A stretch of DNA of 64,000 nucleotides from Candidatus Nealsonbacteria bacterium (GCA_030628945.1 DAOVPY010000002.1:23831-87830), one strand, 5' to 3'; counted from the stretch's first letter, positions 1 through 8,711 are shown. Translations and numbers: made by a program. The notes: generated by a model from the letters alone, not told the origin.

Positions 1-1144
1 AAGCCAATCCGCCCTTGGAATATGGTTTTTCGTTCAAAGCGATGATGATTTTTTTTTCTTCCTGATCTAAATTTTCAGATGGAATTACATCGGCAAGATA
101 ATCGTCTTTTTTAACATAAGCCGTTAAATGCCTTACGTCAAAGATCGGCTCCCCTGTTAAACGACCTTTCTTGTCAAATTCTAAAGTAAGAATGAGATAA
201 CCCAGTTCAAATGGAACCACGGTTCTCCCTCTCCTGGCAAGCTGCCGTTTGGTGGCAGTGTGCAACGAAGGAATGGTCTGAGCGTAAAAATTATTTTTTC
301 TTTCTTTTTTCAACGGCAATTCAGGCGGAATTTCAAAATCAGCGTTAATGCCGCCCATCAGTAAAATATTGGGCGTATTTTCTTTCAGAAAGACATACTC
401 GGTGGCGTCCTGGTAACGTTCCATTGCCACCTCTAAACCGTAACTCAAGGTATAAGCGGAAGCATCAGCGTCTAAATGAGAAACCGTAATTAACGTATCT
501 CCGACTAAAAAGCTTGTTTGGTGATTCCCGTAACACTTAATATCTTTCCTTTTTTCTGCCAGGGCCTCGCCTATTGTCTTTGGTTCGCTAAAACTTAATT
601 CTCTGTAACTGTTTATAATATAATGCTTAAACCCTGCCTGGGGAAAATGCTCAACCAAGTAATCAAGCTCTTCTTCGTAATCAGATAAAAAATGGTCATC
701 TGTATCTTTCTTGGTCTTGGGTCTCCCGGCGCAAAGATTACCGGCAACCACGCTAAAGTATATATCTTCCTCTTTTTCTATTTCCTTAAAAACGGTTGCT
801 ATTAAATCTCCCTGTTGAGTTTTTAGCCCTAATCCCCAATCAGAAGTAAATAAAATTTTTACTGTCTGGGAAGCAATTTTGGGGAATTCAAGAATTCTGC
901 CGGGAGTAGTTTCTCTGGTTAGAGAAATCTTCCGGCTTTTTCTTTCAAATTCTATAAGATAACCGGTTTTTTTGTAAATTGGGCCCCTGATCTTATCCAA
1001 AAGGTCAAAAACATCTTCTTTTGGAATATCAAACGTCTCTGAAACCTCGGTAATATTTGAGTCCCCTTTCTCAAGTAATTGAATTATTTTTTCCTGGGCT
1101 TTAATCAAGCTAAAACCAACCTTTCCTTTTCCTGTTTGCTTCAT
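1..1144 (-). CDS. hypothetical protein, C-terminus beyond window; HTH-like N-terminus and degenerate calcineurin-like phosphoesterase motifs
   Basis: Not in the ORF track because it runs off the edge. Own minus-strand translation from ATG at 1144: MKQTGKGKVGFSLIKAQEKIIQLLEKGDSNITEVSETF...ILFTSDWGLG...VVAGNLCAG...CYGNHQT. No stop down to base 1. Confidence 0.6.
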   Translation of the reverse strand, partial: MKQTGKGKVGFSLIKAQEKIIQLLEKGDSNITEVSETFDIPKEDVFDLLDKIRGPIYKKTGYLIEFERKSRKISLTRETTPGRILEFPKIASQTVKILFTSDWGLGLKTQQGDLIATVFKEIEKEEDIYFSVVAGNLCAGRPKTKKDTDDHFLSDYEEELDYLVEHFPQAGFKHYIINSYRELSFSEPKTIGEALAEKRKDIKCYGNHQTSFLVGDTLITVSHLDADASAYTLSYGLEVAMERYQDATEYVFLKENTPNILLMGGINADFEIPPELPLKKERKNNFYAQTIPSLHTATKRQLARRGRTVVPFELGYLILTLEFDKKGRLTGEPIFDVRHLTAYVKKDDYLADVIPSENLDQEEKKIIIALNEKPYSKGGLA

Positions 1145-1264
1145 CTTTCTCTTTCCTTTTTTTAATTTACAATGTGCCTTATTATTTCAAGATACACGAT
1201 TATTAAAAATCCGTCAACTACCATGCCTCTTGAAAACAGATTTCTAACAAGGTAAAATAAAATA

Positions 1265-1852
1265 ATGTTTGAATCATTTTTGCATTTATTCATCACCCTG
1301 CTTATTATTATTGACCCCTTTGGCCTGATTCCTTATTTCTTGGCTCTTACCTCAAACTTTTCCCAAAAAGAAAGGGCTCTTGCTATTTCCAAGGCGGTTT
1401 TATTTGCTGCTTTGATTTTAAGTATTTTTGCCGTGTTCGGACAACATCTTTTAGAATATCTTAGTTTAAGCATTGCTTCTTTTAAGGTGGCCGGCGGACT
1501 TCTTCTGCTCTGGGTGGCTTTTGAAATGATTTTAAGCCATCCCAAACCCCCAAAAGAAAAAGAAGATATCGCGCTTGCGCCTTTGGCCACTCCCCTTTTA
1601 GCCGGGCCCGCGGCCATTGCCACAATAATTATCTACACGGGTCAGGCGTCTGGTTTTGTGGTTTCAAGATTGATTATAATCGGAATAGTTTTCGCGGTTT
1701 TATTTTTAACCTGGCTGATTTTAGTCAACTCGGAATATTTATTCAGGATTCTAAAAAAACAGGGCTCTCTTGCCTTGGCAAAAATTATGGGTCTTATCCT
1801 GGCGGCCTTGGCAATAGAAATGATATTCGCCGGAGTTAAAATCTTATTATAA
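1265..1852 (+). CDS. MarC/UPF0056 family integral membrane protein
   Basis: 195 aa, multi-TM. N-terminal IIDPFGLIPYFL and central FKVAGGLLLL resemble the MarC family. Confidence 0.7.
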   Translation: MFESFLHLFITLLIIIDPFGLIPYFLALTSNFSQKERALAISKAVLFAALILSIFAVFGQHLLEYLSLSIASFKVAGGLLLLWVAFEMILSHPKPPKEKEDIALAPLATPLLAGPAAIATIIIYTGQASGFVVSRLIIIGIVFAVLFLTWLILVNSEYLFRILKKQGSLALAKIMGLILAALAIEMIFAGVKILL

Positions 1853-1898
1853 TAATTAATTAAACAAACATTCATTCATGCCAATATAATATATTGAT

Positions 1899-3131
1899 AT
1901 GATTGTCCTTAAAAAAATGAACAATCAAAAATTAATAAAAGCAATAGAAAAATATTTTGTAAATACCTACCATCGTCAGGAAATAGCAGCGAAAAAAGCA
2001 GCTGGTTCGTTTATAGAAGATGTTGAAGGAAATCTTTATTTAGACTGGCTTTGCAATTATTCAGCAGCCGCTGCCGGACACTGCCACCCTAAAATAATAA
2101 AAGCAATCAAGGAACAAGCCGGAACAATGGACGCTGTTTCTAACGTGGTTTATCATACCGGATTACAGGTTGCTGAAAAAATTGTTGATTTTTGCGGATA
2201 TAAAACTCAACAAGGAAAAGTTCTGTTTATGAATAGTGGCTCCGAAGCAGTAGAAGCAGCCATTAAAATCGCCAGAATAACTGCTTATACCGGAAAAGGT
2301 ATAGCCAGAAATAAAGCTGAAATTATCAGCGCAAAAAATAGTTTTCATGGAAGAACTCCCGGAGCTATAGCCCTGTCCGGCGATTCCATTTATAAAAATT
2401 TTGAACCTCATCTTCCCGGATTCAGGCAAATTCCTTTTGGCGACAGCGAAGCCCTGAAAAAGGCTATTAACAAAAACACTTGCGCTGCCGTATTGGAGCC
2501 GATTCAAGCCGAAGGAGGAGTTAATATTCCGCCTTCGGGATATTTAAGAGAATGCAGGGAAATTTGCAAAAACGCTGAAATTCTATTTATTTTAGATGAA
2601 ATTCAAACCGGTTTTGGAAGAACCGGGGCAAAATTCTGCTGGCAGCATGAAAACGCTCAACCAGACCTTATGCTCGGTGGAAAATTTGCCGGAGGCAATC
2701 AAATTCCCGTTTCTTTTGTCGTAGGTCCGAAAGATATAATTGACATCATTCCCTCCGGACTGCATGGAAGCACTTATGGGGCCAATCCCTTAGGCTGCGC
2801 TATAATAAAAGCTGTGATAGAGGTCTTTGAAGAAGAAAAATTAGACCAACAAGCAAAAAAAACAGGTGAGTATCTGCTCAAAAAATTAGAAGAGGAAATC
2901 GGCGACAGCCCCCTTGTAAAGGAAATTCGAGGCAAGGGCCTGCTAATCGGGATTGAATTAAGCGCAAAAGCGAAAAAAGCCCGAAAGTACACCGAAGAGT
3001 TGCTGCAAAAAGAACATCTCCTTGTTAAAGAAAGGGGCGATAAAGTAATAGCGCTTACACCGCAACTGAATATCCAGCGGGATTTAGTAAATAAAGGAAT
3101 AGAAAAAATCAAAAAAGTTTTGGGAAAGTGA
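1899..3131 (+). CDS. class-III PLP-dependent aminotransferase (ornithine/acetylornithine aminotransferase-like)
   Basis: Motifs FMNSGSEAVEAAIKIAR, SFHGRT, EPIQAEGG, LDEIQTGFGRTG. Confidence 0.85.
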   Translation: MIVLKKMNNQKLIKAIEKYFVNTYHRQEIAAKKAAGSFIEDVEGNLYLDWLCNYSAAAAGHCHPKIIKAIKEQAGTMDAVSNVVYHTGLQVAEKIVDFCGYKTQQGKVLFMNSGSEAVEAAIKIARITAYTGKGIARNKAEIISAKNSFHGRTPGAIALSGDSIYKNFEPHLPGFRQIPFGDSEALKKAINKNTCAAVLEPIQAEGGVNIPPSGYLRECREICKNAEILFILDEIQTGFGRTGAKFCWQHENAQPDLMLGGKFAGGNQIPVSFVVGPKDIIDIIPSGLHGSTYGANPLGCAIIKAVIEVFEEEKLDQQAKKTGEYLLKKLEEEIGDSPLVKEIRGKGLLIGIELSAKAKKARKYTEELLQKEHLLVKERGDKVIALTPQLNIQRDLVNKGIEKIKKVLGK

Positions 3132-3171
3132 GTGGTTTGCTTTGTTTTTAGAATTTTGTTAAAATAATACT

Positions 3172-3864
3172 ATGAAAAATTCTCAAACCATTGTTATTGC
3201 TTTGGGCGGCTCAATAATCGTTCCTCAGAAAATTCAAATAAACTTTCTGAAAAAATTCAGAAAGTTTGTTTTGAAATTTTTGAAACAAGGCGCGAGATTT
3301 GTAATAGTTGCCGGCGGCGGAGCAATTGCCCGGAATTATCAAAACGCGGCCGCTGAAATCACCAGAATATCTGACGAAGACAAGGATTGGCTTGGAGTCC
3401 ACGCTACCCGCGACAACGCGCATCTTCTGCGGACTATTTTCAAAAATCATGCCTGCCCAATAGTTTTGGATAATCCATTCAAAAAAGTGGACGATAGAAA
3501 ATATCGTCTTTTTATTGGTTCCGGCTGGAAACCGGGCTGGTCCACGGACTATGACACAATTCTGCTTGCCAAAAGATTTAAAGCGGATAAAATCATTATC
3601 GCCTCAAAAATCGCTTATGTTTATGACAGCGATATTGAACAGAATAAAAATGCCAAACCCTTGTCAGAAATAACTTGGGCTGATTACCGTCGGCTCATAA
3701 GTTCAAAATGGAAGCCGGGAATGGGGGCGCCGGTGGACCCTGTGGCTGCCAAATTGGCCGCAAAACTCAAGATGGAGGTAATTGTTGTTAGGGGAACGAA
3801 CTTGAAAAATCTGGAAAACATTCTGCGAGACAAAAAATTCAAAGGAACCGTGATTAGACCTTGA
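3172..3864 (+). CDS. pyrH: uridylate kinase, short archaeal-type
   Basis: 230 aa amino-acid-kinase fold. ALGGSIIVP, VIVAGGGAIARNY, THATRDNAHLL, PGWSTDYDTILLA, VDPVAAKL and C-terminal GTVIRP parallel archaeal PyrH. Confidence 0.7.
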   Translation: MKNSQTIVIALGGSIIVPQKIQINFLKKFRKFVLKFLKQGARFVIVAGGGAIARNYQNAAAEITRISDEDKDWLGVHATRDNAHLLRTIFKNHACPIVLDNPFKKVDDRKYRLFIGSGWKPGWSTDYDTILLAKRFKADKIIIASKIAYVYDSDIEQNKNAKPLSEITWADYRRLISSKWKPGMGAPVDPVAAKLAAKLKMEVIVVRGTNLKNLENILRDKKFKGTVIRP

Positions 3865-3870
3865 GATTAT

Positions 3871-3988
3871 ATTTCGGGAAGTAATTTTAAGGATACGCTC
3901 GCTCGCTTCCTCGGCAAAATTCTCCCGCTAAAAGCGGGAGACCAAGCAATTTTGCCTCCGGATGCTCCTTAAAACTACTTCCCGAAAT
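3871..3988. repeat. 118-bp long imperfect palindrome in the pyrH / COG2403-gene spacer
   Basis: Outer arms atttcgggaagtaattttaagga / tccttaaaactacttcccgaaat (one mismatch). Inner arms ggcaaaatt / aattttgcc. Central hairpin ctcccgc-taaaa-gcgggag. Confidence 0.85.
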
Positions 3989-4009
3989 AACAAACAACGT
4001 AAAAATAAA

Positions 4010-5368
4010 ATGAAAAAATCCGTCAAAAAAATAATAATCCTTGGCGCTGCTGGCAGGGATTTTCATGATTTTAATGTATGTTTTCGTAATAATTCGGATT
4101 ACAAAGTAATAGCCTTTACTGCCGCTCAAATCCCCGGCATTGAAAACAGGATTTATCCTCCGGAGCTCAGCGGGCATTTTTATCCGAAAGGCATTCCAAT
4201 TTTTTCCGAGAAAAAACTTTCCGAATTGATTAAAAAACACAAGATAGACGAGGTGGTTTTTTCTTACAGCGATGTTTCTCATCAAAATGTAATGCATAAA
4301 GCATCACAAGTTCTCGCCGCTGGCGCGAATTTTTCGCTTTTGGGACCAAAAACCACAATGCTCAAAAGCAAAAAGCCGATAATCGCGGTTTGCGCGGTGC
4401 GGACCGGCTGCGGCAAAAGTCCGACAACCAGAAAAATCGCTGAAATTTTAAAAAAAGCAGGAAAAAAAGTGGCGATAATACGCCACCCAATGCCCTACGG
4501 CAACCTAAAAAAACAAATTACACAGAGATTTGAAAATTATGATGACTTAGGCAAGGCAAAATGCACCATAGAAGAAAGAGAAGAATATGAACCTATAATT
4601 AACGCTGGTTTTGTTGTATGGGCAGGCGTGGATTATGAAAAAATTCTGAGACAAGCGGAAAAAGAAACGGATATAATTATCTGGGACGGCGGCAACAATG
4701 ACCTGCCTTTTATAAAACCAAATTTATTTTTTACAATAACTGACCCGCGCCGGGTTGGCCACGAAACCTTATATCACTGCGGCGAAACAAATTTGAGAAT
4801 GGCGGATGTTGTAATTATCAGCAAAGAAGGCGATGCCGCAAAAAAAGACATCAAGCAACTCTGCGCAAATATTAAAAACATCAATCCAAAAGCAAAAATT
4901 CTCCACAGCAAGAGTAAAATTTCAGCAGACAAACCCGAACTGATAAAAAATAAAAATGTCCTGGTGATTGAAGACGGACCCACTGCCACTCACGGCGAAA
5001 TGCCGTTTGGCGCCGGAACAGTGGCAGCGAAAAAATACAGGGCTAAAAAAGTTGTTGAACCGAAAAAATGGGCAAAGGGAACTATTAAAAACGCGTTCAA
5101 AAAATATCCACATCTAAAAAATGTCCTGCCCGCAATTGGCTACAGCCAGAAACAAATCAAAGACCTTGAACAAACCATTAACGCTATCCCCTGCGATACC
5201 GTGATTTCCGCGACCCCTATCAATCTTTCCAGAATTATAAAAATAAACCCCCACTACCAAAAAATTGGTGTGAGGGCAAGTAAACCAATAGTTCAAATTT
5301 CCTACGAATTCCAGGAAATCGGGTCCCTAACCTTGACAAAAATCCTAAAAAACGCTCATTTTATCTAA
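4010..5368 (+). CDS. COG2403-type P-loop protein (predicted GTPase / cyclic 2,3-diphosphoglycerate synthetase-like)
   Basis: Start moved to MKKSVKKIIILGAAGRDFHDFN, after the palindrome. P-loop-like AVRTGCGKSPTT. Family assignment is from recall of COG2403 N-termini only. Confidence 0.55.
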   Translation: MKKSVKKIIILGAAGRDFHDFNVCFRNNSDYKVIAFTAAQIPGIENRIYPPELSGHFYPKGIPIFSEKKLSELIKKHKIDEVVFSYSDVSHQNVMHKASQVLAAGANFSLLGPKTTMLKSKKPIIAVCAVRTGCGKSPTTRKIAEILKKAGKKVAIIRHPMPYGNLKKQITQRFENYDDLGKAKCTIEEREEYEPIINAGFVVWAGVDYEKILRQAEKETDIIIWDGGNNDLPFIKPNLFFTITDPRRVGHETLYHCGETNLRMADVVIISKEGDAAKKDIKQLCANIKNINPKAKILHSKSKISADKPELIKNKNVLVIEDGPTATHGEMPFGAGTVAAKKYRAKKVVEPKKWAKGTIKNAFKKYPHLKNVLPAIGYSQKQIKDLEQTINAIPCDTVISATPINLSRIIKINPHYQKIGVRASKPIVQISYEFQEIGSLTLTKILKNAHFI

Positions 5369-5394
5369 TATAGAAAAGAAAAATTAAGAGAGAG

Positions 5395-5425
5395 AAAGAG
5401 GGCTAATCCAATTCCCCTCTTTTTA
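5395..5425. terminator. hairpin between convergent genes
   Basis: aaagaggg-12 nt loop-ccctcttt followed by a T-run. Lies between the stops at 5368 (+) and 5449 (-). Confidence 0.5.
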
Positions 5426-5448
5426 TCTTTGACAGAATGATTAATTTT

Positions 5449-5889
5449 TCAAAATAATTTTCGGCTTTTGACTTGCATATCCAGCGCTTCGTTGACTAAT
5501 TCATCGGCTTGTTGATTTTTTTCCCGACGGATGAATTTTAATTTTATTCTTTTGAAGTCCAGACGCAGATTCCACGCCTTCAAAAACAAGATCTGGATTT
5601 TTGGGTCCAGAACTTTATACTCTCCTTTTATTTGCTTAACCAAAAATTCAGAGTCAGACCTGATTTCAACTTCTGAATTTTTGGCTATTTTTTTCCCAAA
5701 AAGCGCCTTGATTTTCTCCATCGCGAAAATTACGGCCTGATACTCTGCCTCGTTATTGGTTGCCTCGCCCAAAAATTCGGAATATTTCTTGATTGGCTGT
5801 AGTTTCTCGTTGCAAACCACTACCCCGATCGCGGCCGGCCCCGGGTTTCCACGCGACCCGCCGTCAGTATAAATAATAAGTTTTTTCAT
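5449..5889 (-). CDS. rnhA: ribonuclease HI
   Basis: IYTDGGSRGNPGPAA, TNNEAEYQAV, IRSDSEFLVKQ and NQQADELV match the RNase H DEDD pattern. Confidence 0.85.
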   Translation of the reverse strand: MKKLIIYTDGGSRGNPGPAAIGVVVCNEKLQPIKKYSEFLGEATNNEAEYQAVIFAMEKIKALFGKKIAKNSEVEIRSDSEFLVKQIKGEYKVLDPKIQILFLKAWNLRLDFKRIKLKFIRREKNQQADELVNEALDMQVKSRKLF

Positions 5890-5978
5890 AGCCCTTTAAT
5901 CCTTTATAACACTTCTAAAAATAAAACGCGAATGTGGTATTGTTTTTTTAAAAAGAAATGCTAAAATAAACAAAAAGT

Positions 5979-6266
5979 ATGATTTCTAAACAAGAAGTTC
6001 AACATATCGCCAAACTCGCCCGACTTGGTTTAAGCCAGAAAGAAATTAAAAAATTTGAGAAAGAGCTCTCTTCAATTTTAGATTACGCAAAAAAAATAAA
6101 GAAAATAGATGTTTCTAAAGTCAGGGCGACTACTCATCCTTTTTTTCTTGAAAACGTAACAAGAGAAGACCGGGTGAAAAAACAAAAGCCAACACTGGCG
6201 AATAAATTAGTAGAAGCGACGCCAGAGAAAAAGGGAAGATATGTGAAAGTAAAAAGCGTTTTATAA
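5979..6266 (+). CDS. gatC: Asp/Glu-tRNA amidotransferase subunit C
   Basis: 95 aa. VQHIAKLARLGLSQKEIKKFEKELSSILDY is typical of GatC. Lies directly upstream of gatA. Confidence 0.85.
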   Translation: MISKQEVQHIAKLARLGLSQKEIKKFEKELSSILDYAKKIKKIDVSKVRATTHPFFLENVTREDRVKKQKPTLANKLVEATPEKKGRYVKVKSVL

Positions 6267-6275
6267 ATTTTAAAA

Positions 6276-7778
6276 ATGAATTTAACTTCTCTTACTATTA
6301 CCCAAACTCACCAAGGACTGCTCAAAAAGAAATTTTCCGCTTTAGAGCTGGCTAAAGCATATTTGCGCAGGATAGAAAAAGAGGATAAAAAGATTTGTTC
6401 TTTTCTTACGGTCTTCAAACAATCGGCTCTTTCCCAAGCTAAAATAACAGATGACTTGATTTTACAAAACAGAAAAATTCCTTTATTAGCCGGAATTCCT
6501 TGCGCTATAAAAGACAATATCCTGGTTAAAGGAAAGAGATGCACCGCCGGTTCAAAAATTTTGGAAAATTACACTGCCTCGTATGATGCTACTAGTATAG
6601 AATTTCTCAAAGCCCAGGGAGCCGTAATTCTCGGAAAAACCAATCTTGATGAGTTCGGACATGGTTCTTCCTGCGAAAATTCCGCCTTTATAAAAACGCG
6701 CAATCCTCATGATTTAAGCAAAGTGCCTGGCGGGTCTTCGGGCGGCTCGGCCGCGGCAGTGGCAGCTGATTTATGCTGTTGCGCTTTGGGCTCTGACACC
6801 GGCGGTTCTATCCGTTTACCTGCTTCTTTTTGCGGAGTAGTCGGTTTAAAGCCGACTTACGGCGCAGTTTCCCGATATGGACTTATTGCCATGGCTTCTT
6901 CTCTGGACCAGATTGGACCGCTCGCTAAAAATGCAGAAGACGCTAAAATAGTATTTCAAGCGATTTCAGGAAAAGACCCGTTTGATTCGACCTCGGTCGA
7001 ATTAGACAAAAAAATTCACCCTGTTAAATGCCGCTTTGCGGCAATTTCGCGCACAGCGAAATTATTTAACAGGGTAAAAATTGGAATTCCGAAAGAGTAT
7101 TTTGTGAAAGGCATGAATCCAAAGGTGGAAAAAATAGTAAGAAACGCGATTAAAAAATACGAGGAGATGGGAATGAAAATTGAAGAAATTTCTCTGCCCC
7201 ACACCGAATACGCCCTGGCTGCTTATTACCTTATTATGGCATCGGAAGTTTCGGCTAATCTGGCGCGGTATGACGGAATTCGTTTTGGCTCTTCCAAAAC
7301 AAACTCCGGAATCAACCCTTTCGGCAAGCTCAGGGTTGATGGTGAGCGAAGCCGAACCATCAAAAATTTATTAGATGTCTATCTACAAACCAGAGGAGAG
7401 GGATTTGGCGAAGAAGTGCGGCGAAGAATTATGTTGGGAACATATACCTTATCTGCCGGTTATTATGAAGCATATTATCTAAGGGCGCAAAAAATCCGAA
7501 CCCTGATTAAACAAGATTTTGACAAAGCGTTCCAAAAAATTGATGTTATTTTAACTCCTGCTTCGCCTGTTCCAGCTTTTGGACTGGGCGAAAAAACAAC
7601 CGACCCTCTCGCTATGTATCTTTCTGATATTTTTATGGTAGCGGCAAATTTGGCTGGCTTGCCGGCTTTATCTATGCCCTGCGGCAAAATAGGAAAACTA
7701 CCTGTCGGCTTGCAGATTATTGGAAAACCGTTCAACGAAGAAACAATTTTAGAAACAGGAAAAATTCTGGAAAATTAA
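6276..7778 (+). CDS. gatA: Asp/Glu-tRNA amidotransferase subunit A
   Basis: Amidase signature GGSSGGSAAAVAA...GSDTGGSIRLPASFCGVVGLKPTYG. Carries two extra hairpin-forming segments (see findings). Confidence 0.95.
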   Translation: MNLTSLTITQTHQGLLKKKFSALELAKAYLRRIEKEDKKICSFLTVFKQSALSQAKITDDLILQNRKIPLLAGIPCAIKDNILVKGKRCTAGSKILENYTASYDATSIEFLKAQGAVILGKTNLDEFGHGSSCENSAFIKTRNPHDLSKVPGGSSGGSAAAVAADLCCCALGSDTGGSIRLPASFCGVVGLKPTYGAVSRYGLIAMASSLDQIGPLAKNAEDAKIVFQAISGKDPFDSTSVELDKKIHPVKCRFAAISRTAKLFNRVKIGIPKEYFVKGMNPKVEKIVRNAIKKYEEMGMKIEEISLPHTEYALAAYYLIMASEVSANLARYDGIRFGSSKTNSGINPFGKLRVDGERSRTIKNLLDVYLQTRGEGFGEEVRRRIMLGTYTLSAGYYEAYYLRAQKIRTLIKQDFDKAFQKIDVILTPASPVPAFGLGEKTTDPLAMYLSDIFMVAANLAGLPALSMPCGKIGKLPVGLQIIGKPFNEETILETGKILEN

Positions 7779-7802
7779 AAAATACAAATCAAAAATTTTA
7801 AT

Positions 7803-8315
7803 ATGGATATAAATAATTTATTCTCATATATCACTTCTTCCGAACTTCAGGAAACTATTTTGCCGCTAAAACTCGGCTTTTTAGCCATTTCTTTATTTTT
7901 TCTGGCTATGATTATTTTTGTTCTTGGAAAAACAGAATGGTTGAGGCACGCGTTTTTAGAAAAGACAATTGAGTTTTTATCCTATCATCCTTACAAGATG
8001 AAAAAAGTGACCAAGGACTGGGCAAAAATCCTGAAAAGATTAGAAAAGGGCGCTGAGGCAGAATATAAACTGGCTATAATTGAAGCAGATGAAGTGTTTG
8101 ATAATACCTTAAAGAAAATGGAATATGGCGGCAAGACCATGGAAGAGAAGATGGAACAGGTCTCAGTGATTCTTCCTAATATAGACGAAATCCGGGAAGC
8201 CCATAAAATTCGCGATAATGTTGTTCATAACCCTAACTATAAATTAGGTCTGGATGAAGCAAAAAGAATCTTAGAAACCTATGAAAAAGCTCTTCGCGAG
8301 CTTGAAGTGTTTTGA
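7803..8315 (+). CDS. hypothetical membrane-anchored protein
   Basis: 170 aa. One TM helix (LGFLAISLFFLAMIIFVL) followed by a helical soluble domain. Confidence 0.55.
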   Translation: MDINNLFSYITSSELQETILPLKLGFLAISLFFLAMIIFVLGKTEWLRHAFLEKTIEFLSYHPYKMKKVTKDWAKILKRLEKGAEAEYKLAIIEADEVFDNTLKKMEYGGKTMEEKMEQVSVILPNIDEIREAHKIRDNVVHNPNYKLGLDEAKRILETYEKALRELEVF

Positions 8316-8340
8316 AATTTATAGTAAAATAATCGCATAT

Positions 8341-8411
8341 CGCGGCGTGGAGAAGTAGTATCTTGCGAGGCTCATAACCTCGAGACCCTGGTGCAATTCC
8401 AGGCGCCGCAA
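8341..8411 (+). tRNA. initiator-like tRNA-Met (CAU) with an atypical elbow
   Basis: CGCGGCG-TG-GAGAAGTAGTATCTT-G-CGAGG-CTCATAA-CCTCG-AGAC-CCTGG-TGCAATT-CCAGG-CGCCGCA-A. C1 lies opposite A72 and the ends resemble E. coli tRNA-fMet. The D-loop has no GG and the T-loop reads TGC. No CCA is encoded. Confidence 0.7.
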
Positions 8412-8479
8412 CATAAATTTTTCGCTTTGTTAAAAATTTATTCCCAACTACGAATTACTCACACTAATTACAAAATTAT

Positions 8480-8552
8480 GGCGGTGTAGCTCAGTGGTTA
8501 GAGCGATGCCTTCATAAGGCAGAGGTCGCAGGTTCAAATCCTGCCATCGCTA
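8480..8552 (+). tRNA. tRNA with CAU anticodon (elongator Met or lysidine-dependent Ile2)
   Basis: GGCGGTG-TA-GCTCAGTGGTTAGAGC...CC-TTCATAA-GG...GCAGGTTCAAATCCTGC-CATCGCT-A. Canonical cloverleaf. Confidence 0.85.
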
Positions 8553-8600
8553 CAAATCTCAAATCCATATCTCAAAATTTAAAACTAAATTTTAGCATAT

Positions 8601-8675
8601 GCAGCGGTAGCTTAGCTGGTTTAAAGCGCCGCCCTGTCACGGCGGAGATCGTGGGTTCAAATCCCATTCGCTGCG
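8601..8675 (+). tRNA. tRNA-Asp (GUC)
   Basis: GCAGCGG-TA-GCTTAGCTGGTTTAAAGC...anticodon loop CTGTCAC...GTGGGTTCAAATCCCAT-TCGCTGC-G. Confidence 0.9.
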
Positions 8676-8695
8676 CAAAATAACGTTATATTTAT

Positions 8696-8711
8696 CCCCG
8701 CGTCTGCGGGG
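8696..8711 (+). terminator. GC hairpin after the tRNA cluster
   Basis: ccccgc-gtct-gcgggg followed by a T-rich tract. Confidence 0.45.

Noticed and set aside
1333-1875. Antisense ORFs nested inside larger genes. Examples are 1333..1623 and 1642..1875. The same applies to 2163..2507, 11362..12019, 47155..47592, 54619..55149, 55576..56004, 57969..58262 and most other 60-140 aa track entries.
   Set aside because: They lie opposite long ORFs that have recognisable motifs, have low-complexity or odd composition, and lack RBS context. I treat them as frame shadows.
3887-4297. Minus-strand 136-aa track ORF, and the 3962-4009 extension of the plus-strand gene
   Set aside because: Both arise from the 118-bp palindrome and from antisense reading of a well-supported gene. 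The plus gene has a better start at 4010.
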